Below, in pieces: positions 41,501 to 51,473 of a stretch of DNA of 64,000 nucleotides. This stretch comes from Candidatus Tenderia sp. (lineage in GTDB: Bacteria > Pseudomonadota > Gammaproteobacteria > Tenderiales > Tenderiaceae), in NCBI GenBank assembly GCA_031416075.1, contig JANOSY010000017.1:64001-128000 (forward strand), read 5' to 3'. The number at the start of each line of letters is the position of its first letter. The first letter of the stretch is position 1. The notes under the pieces are model-generated. The model was not told where the DNA came from. It was given only the letters and a program-made list of their open reading frames with translations, and did no database searches. The position numbers and the translations under genes are program-made.

Positions 41501-41650
41501 CACTGTCTATCCTTAAACTCCCCAAGCTGTCTTGAACAGACTAATTCAGTATTTTCTAATGCCCCGTAGTCAATGTTAAAAATGTCATTTGCTATTCACA
41601 ACACTATTTAGGTATGTTTGGGGTAGCTGGGGGCAGCTAATAATAAAAAC

Positions 41651-41679
41651 TTGAGGCGCGGGGAATAATGGACGATACT
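41651..41679 (+). promoter_or_regulatory. Putative sigma70 promoter for the leader RNA and abi gene
   Basis: TTGAGG-17 nt-GATACT; predicted start near 41686. Confidence 0.5.
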
Positions 41680-41685
41680 ATTTGC

Positions 41686-41740
41686 AACAACACCCCCCAC
41701 GCCTCTCCACGGAAGCGCACCATGGGGGGTTACTTTTTTC
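41686..41740 (+). ncRNA. Putative antitoxin-like structured RNA upstream of the AbiF-family gene
   Basis: ACCCCCCA/TGGGGGGT outer stem enclosing CGC..TCC-AC-GGA.GCG, followed by TACTTTTTTC. Confidence 0.6.
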
Positions 41741-41753
41741 TGGGGGCTGGAAA

Positions 41754-42644
41754 TTGAAGTTTTCCAAACCGGCCACCACGATAGATCAACAGATAGACCT
41801 TCTTTTATCTCGTGGTATGGAAATCCCCGACAGGGACTATGCCCGCCACTACCTCACCCATCTGAATTACTACCGGCTTGGGGCCTACTGGCTTCCCTTC
41901 GAATCTGACCACACCTCTCACACCTTTACACCTGGCACCCGCTTTGATGACGTTGTGAGCCTCTACGTGTTCGACCGGGAGTTAAGGCTGCTGGTGATGG
42001 ATGCAATAGAGCGCCTGGAGGCCTCTATTCGTACCCAGTGGGCTTACCAGCTTGCACATAGCTATGGCCCCCATGCCTACCTACGCCCCGATATTTTCAA
42101 AAACGACGGCATACACCACCGCTGTCTGAGTAAATTGAAAGAAGAGCTGGCGCGTAGCCATGAGACCTTTGTGGAGCACTACCAGAACTACACAGACCCG
42201 GCGCTACCCCCAATATGGGCAGTGGTGGAAGTTATGTCGCTGGGGCAGCTTTCAAAATGGGTGCCAGGGCTTACCGATGGCCAGGACCGGCAAGCCATTG
42301 CCAAGAATTACGGCATTGATGAAATTGTATTGACCTCGTTCCTGCACCACCTAACTATCGTGCGGAATGTTTGCGCCCACCATGGCCGCCGATGGAATCG
42401 GCGTTTTGGCTTTCAAGCAAAGATGCCAAAGAAGCCAATGCAGCTTTATCAAAGCCTGAACATGCAACAATCCAAACATATCTATAATACGTTGGTGATG
42501 CTTGAATACATGATGAACATCATCAGTCCTGATCATCACTGGAAGATGCGGCTTATTTCCCTGCTTGAGAAGCATCCTATTGCAAAATCAGTGGTGATGG
42601 GGTTCCCTGTTGGATGGCTATCACAAGATATGTGGAAGTTATGA
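41754..42644 (+). CDS. Abi family (Abi_2, AbiD/AbiF-like) HEPN protein
   Basis: KPATTIDQQIDLL, NYYRL, LYVFDRELR, PPIWAVVEVMSLG, HEPN RNVCAHH; TTG start at 41754. Confidence 0.9.
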   Translation: MKFSKPATTIDQQIDLLLSRGMEIPDRDYARHYLTHLNYYRLGAYWLPFESDHTSHTFTPGTRFDDVVSLYVFDRELRLLVMDAIERLEASIRTQWAYQLAHSYGPHAYLRPDIFKNDGIHHRCLSKLKEELARSHETFVEHYQNYTDPALPPIWAVVEVMSLGQLSKWVPGLTDGQDRQAIAKNYGIDEIVLTSFLHHLTIVRNVCAHHGRRWNRRFGFQAKMPKKPMQLYQSLNMQQSKHIYNTLVMLEYMMNIISPDHHWKMRLISLLEKHPIAKSVVMGFPVGWLSQDMWKL

Positions 42645-42734
42645 ATGGATGCATCCAATTTAAAGTGGTCATTGAAGTTAATCGGGTGGAATTAATTGCA
42701 TTGCCCTATCTGTTTGGAGATTCAAAGGGATTGT

Positions 42735-43805
42735 ATGGAACTTAATCAAGTTGTTGAAAGTTTGCGAAAGCGTGTTCCTTGGCCTGTGATGAGTAAGTTT
42801 TTGTCTCATTATGGCTTTTTAAAGGGGCATGGGTGGGAAGGGACGGCTGAAAAAATCATTGAAAACCACGGCACAGCTCCTGACGAGGTTAAAGAGAAAA
42901 ATTTAAAAATCCTTAGTCAGTTCTATCGTGAGCATTTATTAGCGGGCGAAAAATCGATTAGATTATATCGAGTTGATGAATCACTTATGCATTCGATTAT
43001 GACTGCATTAGACCAGTACAAAATGCCAGACTCTCTTTTAAAATCGGCGTATCCATACCCGCTCAATGATTCTGATTTGGAGTGCGTTGATGAGGGGGTT
43101 TACCCTGTTTCAATAGAGCACGATGATGATGAGAAGGTGTTGCTTGTCTTTTCTGCAAAACGTCACATAAAAGAAAAAGTCGAAATAGCACCTTCAAGTT
43201 TTGGAAGTGATGCCATTGAGGCACTAGGCCATTTTTCTGAAATATATGGCATCAAAGAATACACTAGGCAGTTTTTTGATGTACTAGCATTTGATATTAA
43301 AGCGAATGTCATTGAAATCCGATTGGATATTGCTGCAAATATTTCATCTGATGATCGAAATATTGGATTTTCACAAACAAAGAAAAAGTTTTGCTCTTTA
43401 ATTCGGGAGCTTGGGGTTTCCTTTGAGTTTGGTTCTGAAATTAATTTGTTTCCAGCAATTGACAAGTTATATAGATTAAAAGAAGGGCGCGTGTGTGAAC
43501 TGGCCTTTACTACCGAAGAAGGATCAATTAAGCACGAAAAAATGAGAAGAAAACATTTGTGTCTTCGGGAGGAAACATATCATAAGGCTGGAGCCCTTGC
43601 TGTTGATGGCCATATTTTTGCGTATCGTATTGCTACAACCTGGACACACAAATCAATGAATTCTCAGCCAGAACTGTTGCTTCCTGGGAGTTCAAGAATG
43701 TTAAGTAAACCAAAAATTTATCTTGGTGAGGCGCTGATCACGAAGTGCTGTGGTTTTTCTGATTATGGTTTTGTAATGAATAAGTTAAATAGCTTAGTCA
43801 CGTAA
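42735..43805 (+). CDS. Hypothetical protein (gene 1 of 3-gene operon)
   Basis: 356-aa ORF, AGGGA RBS, AT-rich. Confidence 0.75.
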   Translation: MELNQVVESLRKRVPWPVMSKFLSHYGFLKGHGWEGTAEKIIENHGTAPDEVKEKNLKILSQFYREHLLAGEKSIRLYRVDESLMHSIMTALDQYKMPDSLLKSAYPYPLNDSDLECVDEGVYPVSIEHDDDEKVLLVFSAKRHIKEKVEIAPSSFGSDAIEALGHFSEIYGIKEYTRQFFDVLAFDIKANVIEIRLDIAANISSDDRNIGFSQTKKKFCSLIRELGVSFEFGSEINLFPAIDKLYRLKEGRVCELAFTTEEGSIKHEKMRRKHLCLREETYHKAGALAVDGHIFAYRIATTWTHKSMNSQPELLLPGSSRMLSKPKIYLGEALITKCCGFSDYGFVMNKLNSLVT

Positions 43806-43806
43806 G

Positions 43807-44229
43807 ATGAGTCGACTGCTTACTGATAATCAAGTCCGAGAGAGACTTGCTGAGGACTGGGGGGATGGATCTCCCCAGTTTTTCGCATGTGTGAAAATAT
43901 TTGAGTATCTACGTTCTCGCCCAATAGAACAGCTAAAGCATCTTACTCTTGGTGGTTTAAAGATTTCTATAAATCATGATGTTCTTGATACTGATTTGCT
44001 TTTAGCAACACAGTATCTGTGCGGTGAAAGAGTGCCGGTTCTTGCACTACATTTTGAATTTTTAGATGAGGATGATAATTATCACGAGATAAGTAGAGGG
44101 GATATGTATTTTGCCGAAAAATATGGGCGAATGGTTCATCCAGTGTCAGGCGAGTTTATCGAAAACTATGATGAAAATATATTTATATATTTCACTCCTG
44201 GAGAATTGATTTGTCAGGGGAAGAGTTAG
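43807..44229 (+). CDS. Hypothetical protein (gene 2 of 3-gene operon)
   Basis: 140-aa acidic ORF starting 1 nt after the previous stop. Confidence 0.75.
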   Translation: MSRLLTDNQVRERLAEDWGDGSPQFFACVKIFEYLRSRPIEQLKHLTLGGLKISINHDVLDTDLLLATQYLCGERVPVLALHFEFLDEDDNYHEISRGDMYFAEKYGRMVHPVSGEFIENYDENIFIYFTPGELICQGKS

Positions 44230-44231
44230 CC

Positions 44232-44858
44232 ATGGAAATTGAAAAACTCAGCCTAAGCGAGCTTAAAAAGTATGAAAAATATGTTCCTGGTCTTGGTAAC
44301 TTCCCTTCAAGATTTTGCACAACTGATTATGATGATTTTGTTGGTGTTTTATATAAGGATATAGACACAATCGTTGCGGAAATGGAAGAAAATCCAGAGC
44401 ATTACATGAAAGACAGCGAAGATCGGTTAACTATACAAATAAAAATATCTTTGCGTCTTATGGGGTATGAGGCGAATCATGATGCAAAAATTGGCGGCCA
44501 CACAGACCTGTCTGTAAAAAAGCCGAGCCAAAATTGGCTTTGGATTGGTGAAGCAAAGTTGTATGGTGGTCCCAAGTATCTAATGACTGGATTTAAGCAG
44601 TTAACCACGCGATACTCTCCGGGAAATTACAATAACAATCAAGGGGGGATGCTGATTTATATTCAGAAAAAGGATGCGAAAATGCTTATGGATAAATGGG
44701 GAAAGATGCTGGTATCTGAGGGGGATATTTCTGAATCTTTCGCGTGTGGTGTTAACCCATTATCATTTTATTCAAAACATAAGCACCAAAGGACCGGATT
44801 GGATTTCACTGTTCGACATATTCCGTTTGTATTATATTTTGATCCCAGGGATAGATAG
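44232..44858 (+). CDS. Putative PD-(D/E)xK nuclease (gene 3 of 3-gene operon)
   Basis: SEDRLT...GHTDL...GEAK...QLTTRY follows the E...D...ExK...QL..Y pattern. Confidence 0.7.
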   Translation: MEIEKLSLSELKKYEKYVPGLGNFPSRFCTTDYDDFVGVLYKDIDTIVAEMEENPEHYMKDSEDRLTIQIKISLRLMGYEANHDAKIGGHTDLSVKKPSQNWLWIGEAKLYGGPKYLMTGFKQLTTRYSPGNYNNNQGGMLIYIQKKDAKMLMDKWGKMLVSEGDISESFACGVNPLSFYSKHKHQRTGLDFTVRHIPFVLYFDPRDR

Positions 44859-44927
44859 AGCTGTCCCCAACCCTAGCCCCAGACCATAAAGGGTTAACCC
44901 CTATCCTAACGCGGTAAGGCGCACTAA

Positions 44928-44958
44928 GTAGGGCGTCAATAAGCGAAGCGCATTGCGC
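44928..44958 (+). repeat. GTAG-type REP-like palindrome
   Basis: GTAGGGCGTCAAT-AAGCGAAGCGC-ATTGCGC imperfect hairpin. Confidence 0.5.
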
Positions 44959-45120
44959 GGAATGAATAAACCAACCCCGCATATGTGTTGCTGCGCAAGA
45001 GCCTGCCCCGCGAAGCGCTTTGGGCGCGCTTGGTGGGTTACGGAATAAAAGACATTCCTAACCCACATTGACTGTCCGCTAATGGCCGATAGCCGCCAAA
45101 CCACGTCCCGTTCCGTACAG

Positions 45121-46242
45121 TTATTGACAGAACTCCAAGTTAGAAGCGGCGCTGTGCGCCCTTGATTTTGAAAAAACCTGTAACGGTTCCGGCCCGGTTC
45201 CAGCCCCAAGCTGTTTAGGACTGGCCCCAACCCCAGCCCCATAGACTTGAGGGCTAGCCCCTGTCCTGGCCCCATACCCTTGGGGGCTGGCCCCTGTTCC
45301 AGCCCCAGGGCCGGAGTTTTCTGAAATATTCCGAAGCCTTTCTGAAACCGGTTCCTGATTCGGTTCTAAAAACTCCATAACCGGTTCAGTACCGCTTTCG
45401 GTCCGGTTCTGGCCCTGCGTATAGTTGTGTTCATCCTCATGAAACTGCTTGGAACCGATCTCAAACCGATTTTTTACTGGATTACAGATAATCGTCCAGT
45501 TTTGCATGGGGCTAAGAAAGGTGATGCCGTTGAACTCCAGCCCCACGACTTGCTCCCCCTTGGGTTCACCGTAGCGCCCAGGTTCTGCATTGAAGAGGCG
45601 GCTAAGTTTTACCGGTTGATCTTTACGGCTGGCAGTGGGGCCGCCCATCAACAAAGTAAACTCATTCCACTGGCCTGCATCGGCGGCCAATCTGATCTTT
45701 TCAAATTCGGAGTTATCTTGTGGCCCCATACGACGCAATTCTCGCCAGACCGTTACTGATGGCCCGCCAAACTGTTGAAACTGGCGTATGCCCCAAGTGG
45801 CCGCCCAGGCGGCGACACGTTCGGCAGAGGTGGCCGCGTTGTGGCCATAGAGGTCTTTATCGACGCCAAAGCCATCGATGTTCTTGGAGATATATTTAGC
45901 GATGTAACCGATTGCGGTCCCTTTTTTGGGATCAATCACTTTAACAGTAAACCTGTTTTCCTTTGCCCCTGGTTCATCACCCTCTTCCTGGAGGGCGTAG
46001 GTTCTGAAAATCTCCTGAACTCGTTCTGAATCTTCAGGAGATACAAATAATAAAAAATGGGCGTGTGGTGTACCGTCGTGCATGGGTTCCACCACTCTGA
46101 AACCGTAGGCCTCTATCTCATCACGTGTAAACTTTGAACGAATGCGGCTCCAGACCCTGTTTAAATATTGGTTTGCCTCCCTTGGTGTTGTTCCGTCATA
46201 TCTGGGGTTCTCTTGTCCCGATCTTGAATAACGGGCGTGCAA
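45121..46242 (-). pseudogene. N-terminally truncated P2 gpA-like rolling-circle replication endonuclease
   Basis: GFRVVEPMHDGTPHAH (HUH), GYIAKYISKNID, WGIRQFQQFGG..VTVWRELRR; no N-terminal half or RBS. Confidence 0.85.
45190..45308. repeat. 33-bp imperfect tandem repeats (about 3.5 units)
   Basis: CAGCCCCA/TGGCCCCA at 45201, 45234, 45267, 45300. Confidence 0.8.
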
Positions 46243-46450
46243 TTTTTAAAATATAGTTGCCTGACAGGGGAATTCAGAATAGCTTAGTCACACTGGATAC
46301 TATAGATGTACGACTATGGCTGTATCACCACAAAACATTTGCGACACCCTATTTACCGTAAAGAGCTTAACTATGTAGTTAATTTTAAAACTTCGCAGGC
46401 AGGGAGATTGATGCGGAGATACATCTGTAACCACGACAGGGAGAATCTAA

Positions 46451-47773
46451 ATGATGTTCACAACACCCTCTATACGCTGGCCACTGGCCGGGACACTGCT
46501 CATCGCATCAGGCGCTGTCTCTGCGTCCGGTTTTGCGCTGATTGAACAGAGCGGCAGCGGCTTAGGCAACGCATATGCCGGTGGTGCTGCCAGCGCCGAT
46601 GACGCCGCCACCCTCTTTTTCAACCCCGCTGGCATGGCCCGCCTGGAGGGTAAACAGATCGCGCTGGCAGGGCATCTGATAAAACCGACGGTCCACTTCA
46701 CCGATAACGGCTCAACGGGGGCGTTACTGCAAACGGCTGGGGGAGCGGGTGGTGACGCCGGTAGCTGGGCAGTGGTGCCTAACGCCTACTTTGCCATGGC
46801 GCTTAATCCCCAAACCCGCATAGGTTTAGGCATCAACGCTCCGTTCGGTTTGCAAACCAAGTATGACGGCGACTGGATTGGCCGTTTTCAGGCGATCAAA
46901 TCGAAGATTGAGACCGTCAACATCAACCCCTCCATCTCATACGACATCAACAGTATGATTTCGCTGGGTGCCGGGCTGAATTACCAGTTCATCAAAGGGG
47001 AACTCACCAGCGCCGTCAATTACAGTGCCGCTGCCTTTGCAGCGGGCGGCTCGGCACTGCTGACGGCGATTGGCGGGCCAAACCAGGAGGGGCTAAGTAC
47101 CATTAAGGGGGATGATTCAGCCTGGGGATATAACCTGGGGGGGTTGATCAACATCGATTCACAGACCCGTGTTGGCCTCGCCTACCGTTCCAAGGTCAAA
47201 TATAAACTGAATGGCACGGTATCGTTTGACGATGTACCGGCGGCGATGGCCTCCAGCCCGCTGCTGGCAAACGCGGATGTCACACTGCCCATCGACATGC
47301 CAGACACCTTTTCGATCAGTGGTTTTCACCAGCACAATGGCCAGTGGGATTTCATGGCGGATGCCACCTGGACCGGCTGGGGGGTATTTAAACAGCTGAA
47401 GATCGACCGCTCAAACGGTTCAAATGTGCAGACAGTCAATGAGAACTGGAAAAACAGCTGGCGCTTTTCGGCAGGCACAAATTACCACTACAACCAGAAG
47501 TGGCTTACGCGTGCGGGTGTGGCGCTTGATCAGGCCCCGGTGCCCGATTCACACCGCACTGCCCGCATTCCCGATAACGACCGTACCTGGCTTGCACTGG
47601 GTGGTCAGTACAAACCCTCCACCAATGAGGCATTCGATTTTGGTTACGCCCACCTGCTTGTAAAAGGGTCAACCATTGCTGACATGCAAGCCGCCAGCGG
47701 CAAGGGTAATCTCGTGGGGAACTATGCCAATAGCGTCGATATTTTGAGCGTTCAATATACACGATCGTTTTAA
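46451..47773 (+). CDS. fadL: FadL/OmpP1/TodX outer-membrane transporter
   Basis: SGFALIEQS..GLGNAYAG, DAATLFFNPAG, PFGLQT, ARIPDNDR, C-terminal F. Confidence 0.9.
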   Translation: MMFTTPSIRWPLAGTLLIASGAVSASGFALIEQSGSGLGNAYAGGAASADDAATLFFNPAGMARLEGKQIALAGHLIKPTVHFTDNGSTGALLQTAGGAGGDAGSWAVVPNAYFAMALNPQTRIGLGINAPFGLQTKYDGDWIGRFQAIKSKIETVNINPSISYDINSMISLGAGLNYQFIKGELTSAVNYSAAAFAAGGSALLTAIGGPNQEGLSTIKGDDSAWGYNLGGLINIDSQTRVGLAYRSKVKYKLNGTVSFDDVPAAMASSPLLANADVTLPIDMPDTFSISGFHQHNGQWDFMADATWTGWGVFKQLKIDRSNGSNVQTVNENWKNSWRFSAGTNYHYNQKWLTRAGVALDQAPVPDSHRTARIPDNDRTWLALGGQYKPSTNEAFDFGYAHLLVKGSTIADMQAASGKGNLVGNYANSVDILSVQYTRSF

Positions 47774-47834
47774 TCTGCTGGCTAATCAGCATAGCTACTA
47801 TCTTACAGTAGCTGCGTCATACCTCGGAAACAGC

Positions 47835-47865
47835 ACCCGCACACGTAAGCTTGTGCGGGTATTTT
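47835..47865 (+). terminator. Terminator after fadL
   Basis: ACCCGCACA-loop-TGTGCGGGT-ATTTT. Confidence 0.6.
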
Positions 47866-47931
47866 CATCGACATAGGCCAGTATTATCCGTGTCCCTATA
47901 CGATCAACAATCGTTTTGACAATCGATAGCC

Positions 47932-48269
47932 CTACCCCTGAACCAGCGGTGTGGTCTCTAAGGTCACACCAACATTATCCACCAGGTTGTCTGTTGCCAA
48001 GGTACCAAACACACTTATCAAAACAATCGAACTCCAATAGCCCCATGGAGTATATCGTTGCGAGCGAAACTGAAGCCCCAGTGTCATCTGTAACAACAGC
48101 GCTGTTATTAATGAAGTCGACATCAACCCCATCTGCAAGTTGACGTTCAAAAAATCTGCCGCTGTCTCCCCCACCGTTGTGGCCATAATTTTGACAACCC
48201 AGAAAAAAGGGGCACCTCAGGAATCTTATTTAACATCTGTGTGGTACCGCTACCCAACGTTTTATTCAT
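47932..48269 (-). pseudogene. COG4705/DUF347 membrane protein remnant
   Basis: LNKIPEV, frameshift, FWVVKIMATTVGETAADFL...GTLATDNLVD, then early truncation. Confidence 0.75.
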
Positions 48270-48367
48270 GATTTACTCTCCTGACAGATCAGCTGCATAA
48301 CCAATGGACAGCGCTACTATCACCAACAAAACTTAGGAGAGACACAGGAAAAAAATAACAGCGGCGG

Positions 48368-48409
48368 AATAACAAAGGCCCATCACTCTCGAGACGGGCC
48401 TTTGTTATT
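48368..48409. terminator. Bidirectional terminator downstream of the RND permease
   Basis: AATAACAAAGGCCC...GGGCCTTTGTTATT 14-bp inverted repeat. Confidence 0.75.
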
Positions 48410-48434
48410 TTTCACTCTCAATAAAATTGAACCA

Positions 48435-51400
48435 TCACCTCAGTTGCGGCTGTTTGCCCTCCCCCAGCCGCAACAGACTCGGCAACAGAATCAACGTAAA
48501 GAGCGTACTCACCGCCATGCCGCCGACAATCACCGCACCCAGGCCCCGATAGAGCTCAGTACCGGCCCCCGGTATCAGTACCAGCGGCAACATACCAAAG
48601 ATGGTGGTAAGGGTACTCATGAGGATGGGACGGAGACGCTGACGGATCGCCAGCTGTACTGCGTCGCGGCGCGAGACCCCTTCGCGTTCGGCGCTACGGG
48701 TCAGGTCTACCAGCAGGATGGCGTTGTTGACCATCAAACCGAGCAGGATGATGAAACCGATCATGGTAAGCAGGTCCATCGGCTGATTGACGCCTGCCAG
48801 ATTCAGCAGCCACAGCGCCAGCACTCCCCCCACCGTCGCCAGAGGAATCGTCAACAGCACCAGCAGGCTATCCATGAAGGAGCGGAACAGGGCGCTGATG
48901 AGCAGGTAGAGGATGACAATCGCCAGTAGGAAGGAACCCGCCATGCTCTTGAGCATCTCCTGCAGCTTGTCTGCCGAACCGGAGTAGCTGAGGATGCCAT
49001 CCTCCGGCAGCGCCGCCTCGATGGCGGGTTCGACCTTCTCCTTAATGAGATCAAGCCCCTCCTCCACCGACATCCCTTCCGGCAGCCGCACCTGCAGAGT
49101 GACGGTGCGGTGGCGATCGATACGGCGCAACTGATCGGGGCCGGCGGTCTGCACCACCTTCACCAGCGCGCCAAGCGGCTGAATGCCGCCCTCCGGCGTG
49201 GCCAGCGGAATCGCCGTCAACGCTTCCGGCGTCGCCCAGCCCTGACTACGCAGGATCACATCAAGGCGTTTGTCGCCATCAAAGTAGTCCGCCACATAGA
49301 GGCCACTGCCGAGGGCGCGGGCAATGCCGCCCATGTCGCCACGATTCCACCCCACCTCGGCGAGGCGGCGCTCGTCCGGTACCAGCCGTAACTCCGGCTC
49401 GGCCAGATCAAGCCCCGGGAAGGGGCGCGGCATTGAGCCAAACGCCTCACGCACCGCCATAAAACCGGCGCTGCCGGCCTGGAGCAACCCTTCGAGGTCG
49501 CTGCCCTGAATATCAATATCAATAGAGCGGCCACCACCCAGCCCGCCAAACAGCGACGCCTTGAAGGCAAAACCGATGGTATCGGGGAAGGAGGCGATTA
49601 CCCCGTTGATCACCGGCGTCAGTTCGCCGATGCGGGTGGCGTCAGCGGTCTGCGCCCCCATGAACATGCCATTGTTGAAAGCGATAAAGAAGTAGTGACT
49701 CACCTGTGGCTGCTTTTCACCACTGAGATAGGGACTCATCGCCGCCGCCACCTGCGCCCCCATCTCCTTCTCCATATAACCGATGTTGGCCCCCGGCGGC
49801 GGATTGATGAAGCTGATGATCAGGTTGCGATTCCCCTCCGGCAGGTAGTCAGCCTTGGGCACCATGAACCAGGCCAGCAGCAGCGGCACAGTCACCAGCC
49901 CCACGATCCAGAGGCGACGACCACGCGCCCCGGTCGTGTGCATGATGGCGGCGGTAATGTTATCCCACCACTTCTCATGGGGGTCGACCAGGCGTGTCTG
50001 TTTGAGCCAGCTCACGGCAGCCGTGGGCAATACCACCACCGCCACCAGCAGCGAAAGGCAGACCGCCACCGAGATGGTGAGCGCCAGATCGGCAAAGAGT
50101 TGCCCCGCCTCATCGGCAAGGAAGAGCACGGGCAGAAAAATGGCGACGGTGGTGGCGGTCGAGGCGAGAATCGCCCCCCACACCTGAGTGGTGCCATGTC
50201 GGGCGGCAGCCACATAGTTCACCCCTGATTCACGCAACCGGACGATGTTCTCCAGCACCACAATCGCAGCATCCAGCACCATGCCGACGGCAAAGGCGAG
50301 ACCAGCAAGGGAGATGACATTGAGCGTGCGCCCCGCCATATCCATCACCATAAAGCTGCCCACCACACAGATGGGAATCGCCAGCGCCACAATCAGGGTA
50401 GCGCGCAGGCGGCGGAAGAACCACCACAGCACCCCCACCGCCAGCAGGATGCCCATCAGCAGATTCTCCACCACCATATATATAGAATCATTGATGTAAT
50501 CGGTCTCGTCATAGACCTGAGCAATAGTAAGATTGGCCTGCTTGAGCGGTCCCTCGCGCAGCTCCTCCACCGCCTCTTTCAACCCGGCCATCACCTCCAG
50601 CACATTGACGCCGCTCTCGCGGTGGGCGTTGATCGCCATGGCGGGCTGGCCGTTCTGGATCACAAAGCTGGCGCGATCCTCCATCTGCACCGCCACTGTG
50701 GCGACATCACGCAGATAGACCGGCCTCCCCTCGCGCCAGTCGATGATCAGACCGGCCAGATCATCGGCCTTGTAGGCACCGGCATAACGGAGGGTATAGC
50801 GGCGCTTGCCCACCTCGGCAAAACCGGCAGAGCTATCCTTGGCACCCACCAGCTTCACCACCTCCGGCAGCTGAACGCCGAGGCTGGCGGCCTTGTAAGG
50901 ATCGAAGGTGATACGCAGTTCGTTCTGGCGACCGCCACGCAGCTCGGACATGGCCACGCCGGGCACCCGCTCGAAACGACTCTGCACCACCTCTTCAAGG
51001 AAGTTCTGGTAGGAGGCGATATCGCGCTCGTTGCCCGCCCCCGCCTTGATGACGAACCAGGCGATGGGGCGGCTGTCGCCACCCACGGTGCTGATCACCG
51101 GCTCGCTGGCATCGGTAGGGTAACGGGCAACGCGATTGAGGCGACTCATCACCTCCAGCAGGGCACGGCGCAAGTCGGTGCCAACGGCAAAGGTGAGTGT
51201 CACCTTGCCCTGGCCGCGACTCGCCTCGGCGAGGATCCGCGTCGCCCCCGGCAGGCCGCGCAACGCATCCTCCTGCGGCTCCACAATCTCCGCCTCCACC
51301 TCCTCCGGCGCAGCGGCGCGCCAGGTGGTGGAGATGGTGATCTTGGGCTCCTCCACTTCCGGCGTCAGCTGGATCGGCAGCCGCTCCATGCTGATAAAGC

Positions 51401-51473
51401 CAAACAGCACAACAAGCAGCACCGCGACGGCCACCGCCACCGGATTGCCGAGGGAGAGACGCGTCAGATTCAC
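48435..51473 (-). CDS. RND efflux permease (AcrB/AcrD/AcrF family)
   Basis: LPIQLTP, GMVLDAAIVVLENI, VNNAILL, RLRPILMS. Confidence 0.95.
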   Translation of the reverse strand: MNLTRLSLGNPVAVAVAVLLVVLFGFISMERLPIQLTPEVEEPKITISTTWRAAAPEEVEAEIVEPQEDALRGLPGATRILAEASRGQGKVTLTFAVGTDLRRALLEVMSRLNRVARYPTDASEPVISTVGGDSRPIAWFVIKAGAGNERDIASYQNFLEEVVQSRFERVPGVAMSELRGGRQNELRITFDPYKAASLGVQLPEVVKLVGAKDSSAGFAEVGKRRYTLRYAGAYKADDLAGLIIDWREGRPVYLRDVATVAVQMEDRASFVIQNGQPAMAINAHRESGVNVLEVMAGLKEAVEELREGPLKQANLTIAQVYDETDYINDSIYMVVENLLMGILLAVGVLWWFFRRLRATLIVALAIPICVVGSFMVMDMAGRTLNVISLAGLAFAVGMVLDAAIVVLENIVRLRESGVNYVAAARHGTTQVWGAILASTATTVAIFLPVLFLADEAGQLFADLALTISVAVCLSLLVAVVVLPTAAVSWLKQTRLVDPHEKWWDNITAAIMHTTGARGRRLWIVGLVTVPLLLAWFMVPKADYLPEGNRNLIISFINPPPGANIGYMEKEMGAQVAAAMSPYLSGEKQPQVSHYFFIAFNNGMFMGAQTADATRIGELTPVINGVIASFPDTIGFAFKASLFGGLGGGRSIDIDIQGSDLEGLLQAGSAGFMAVREAFGSMPRPFPGLDLAEPELRLVPDERRLAEVGWNRGDMGGIARALGSGLYVADYFDGDKRLDVILRSQGWATPEALTAIPLATPEGGIQPLGALVKVVQTAGPDQLRRIDRHRTVTLQVRLPEGMSVEEGLDLIKEKVEPAIEAALPEDGILSYSGSADKLQEMLKSMAGSFLLAIVILYLLISALFRSFMDSLLVLLTIPLATVGGVLALWLLNLAGVNQPMDLLTMIGFIILLGLMVNNAILLVDLTRSAEREGVSRRDAVQLAIRQRLRPILMSTLTTIFGMLPLVLIPGAGTELYRGLGAVIVGGMAVSTLFTLILLPSLLRLGEGKQPQLR

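Larger units (their letters stand above)
40720..46260. mobile_element. Decayed tRNA-linked phage/satellite-derived island with defence-type cargo
   Basis: Begins at the tRNA 3' end with att-like motifs; AT-rich cargo; P2 gpA fragment; no integrase seen; right boundary uncertain. Confidence 0.65.

Noticed and set aside
40795-41740. Abi leader copies as a true CRISPR array
   Set aside because: Spacing is irregular, copies are divergent and the intervening DNA is partly Abi pseudogene; reported as repeated RNA elements instead.
45190-45308. Possible CRISPR array
   Set aside because: Tandem units have no unique spacers, and no cas genes are in the window.
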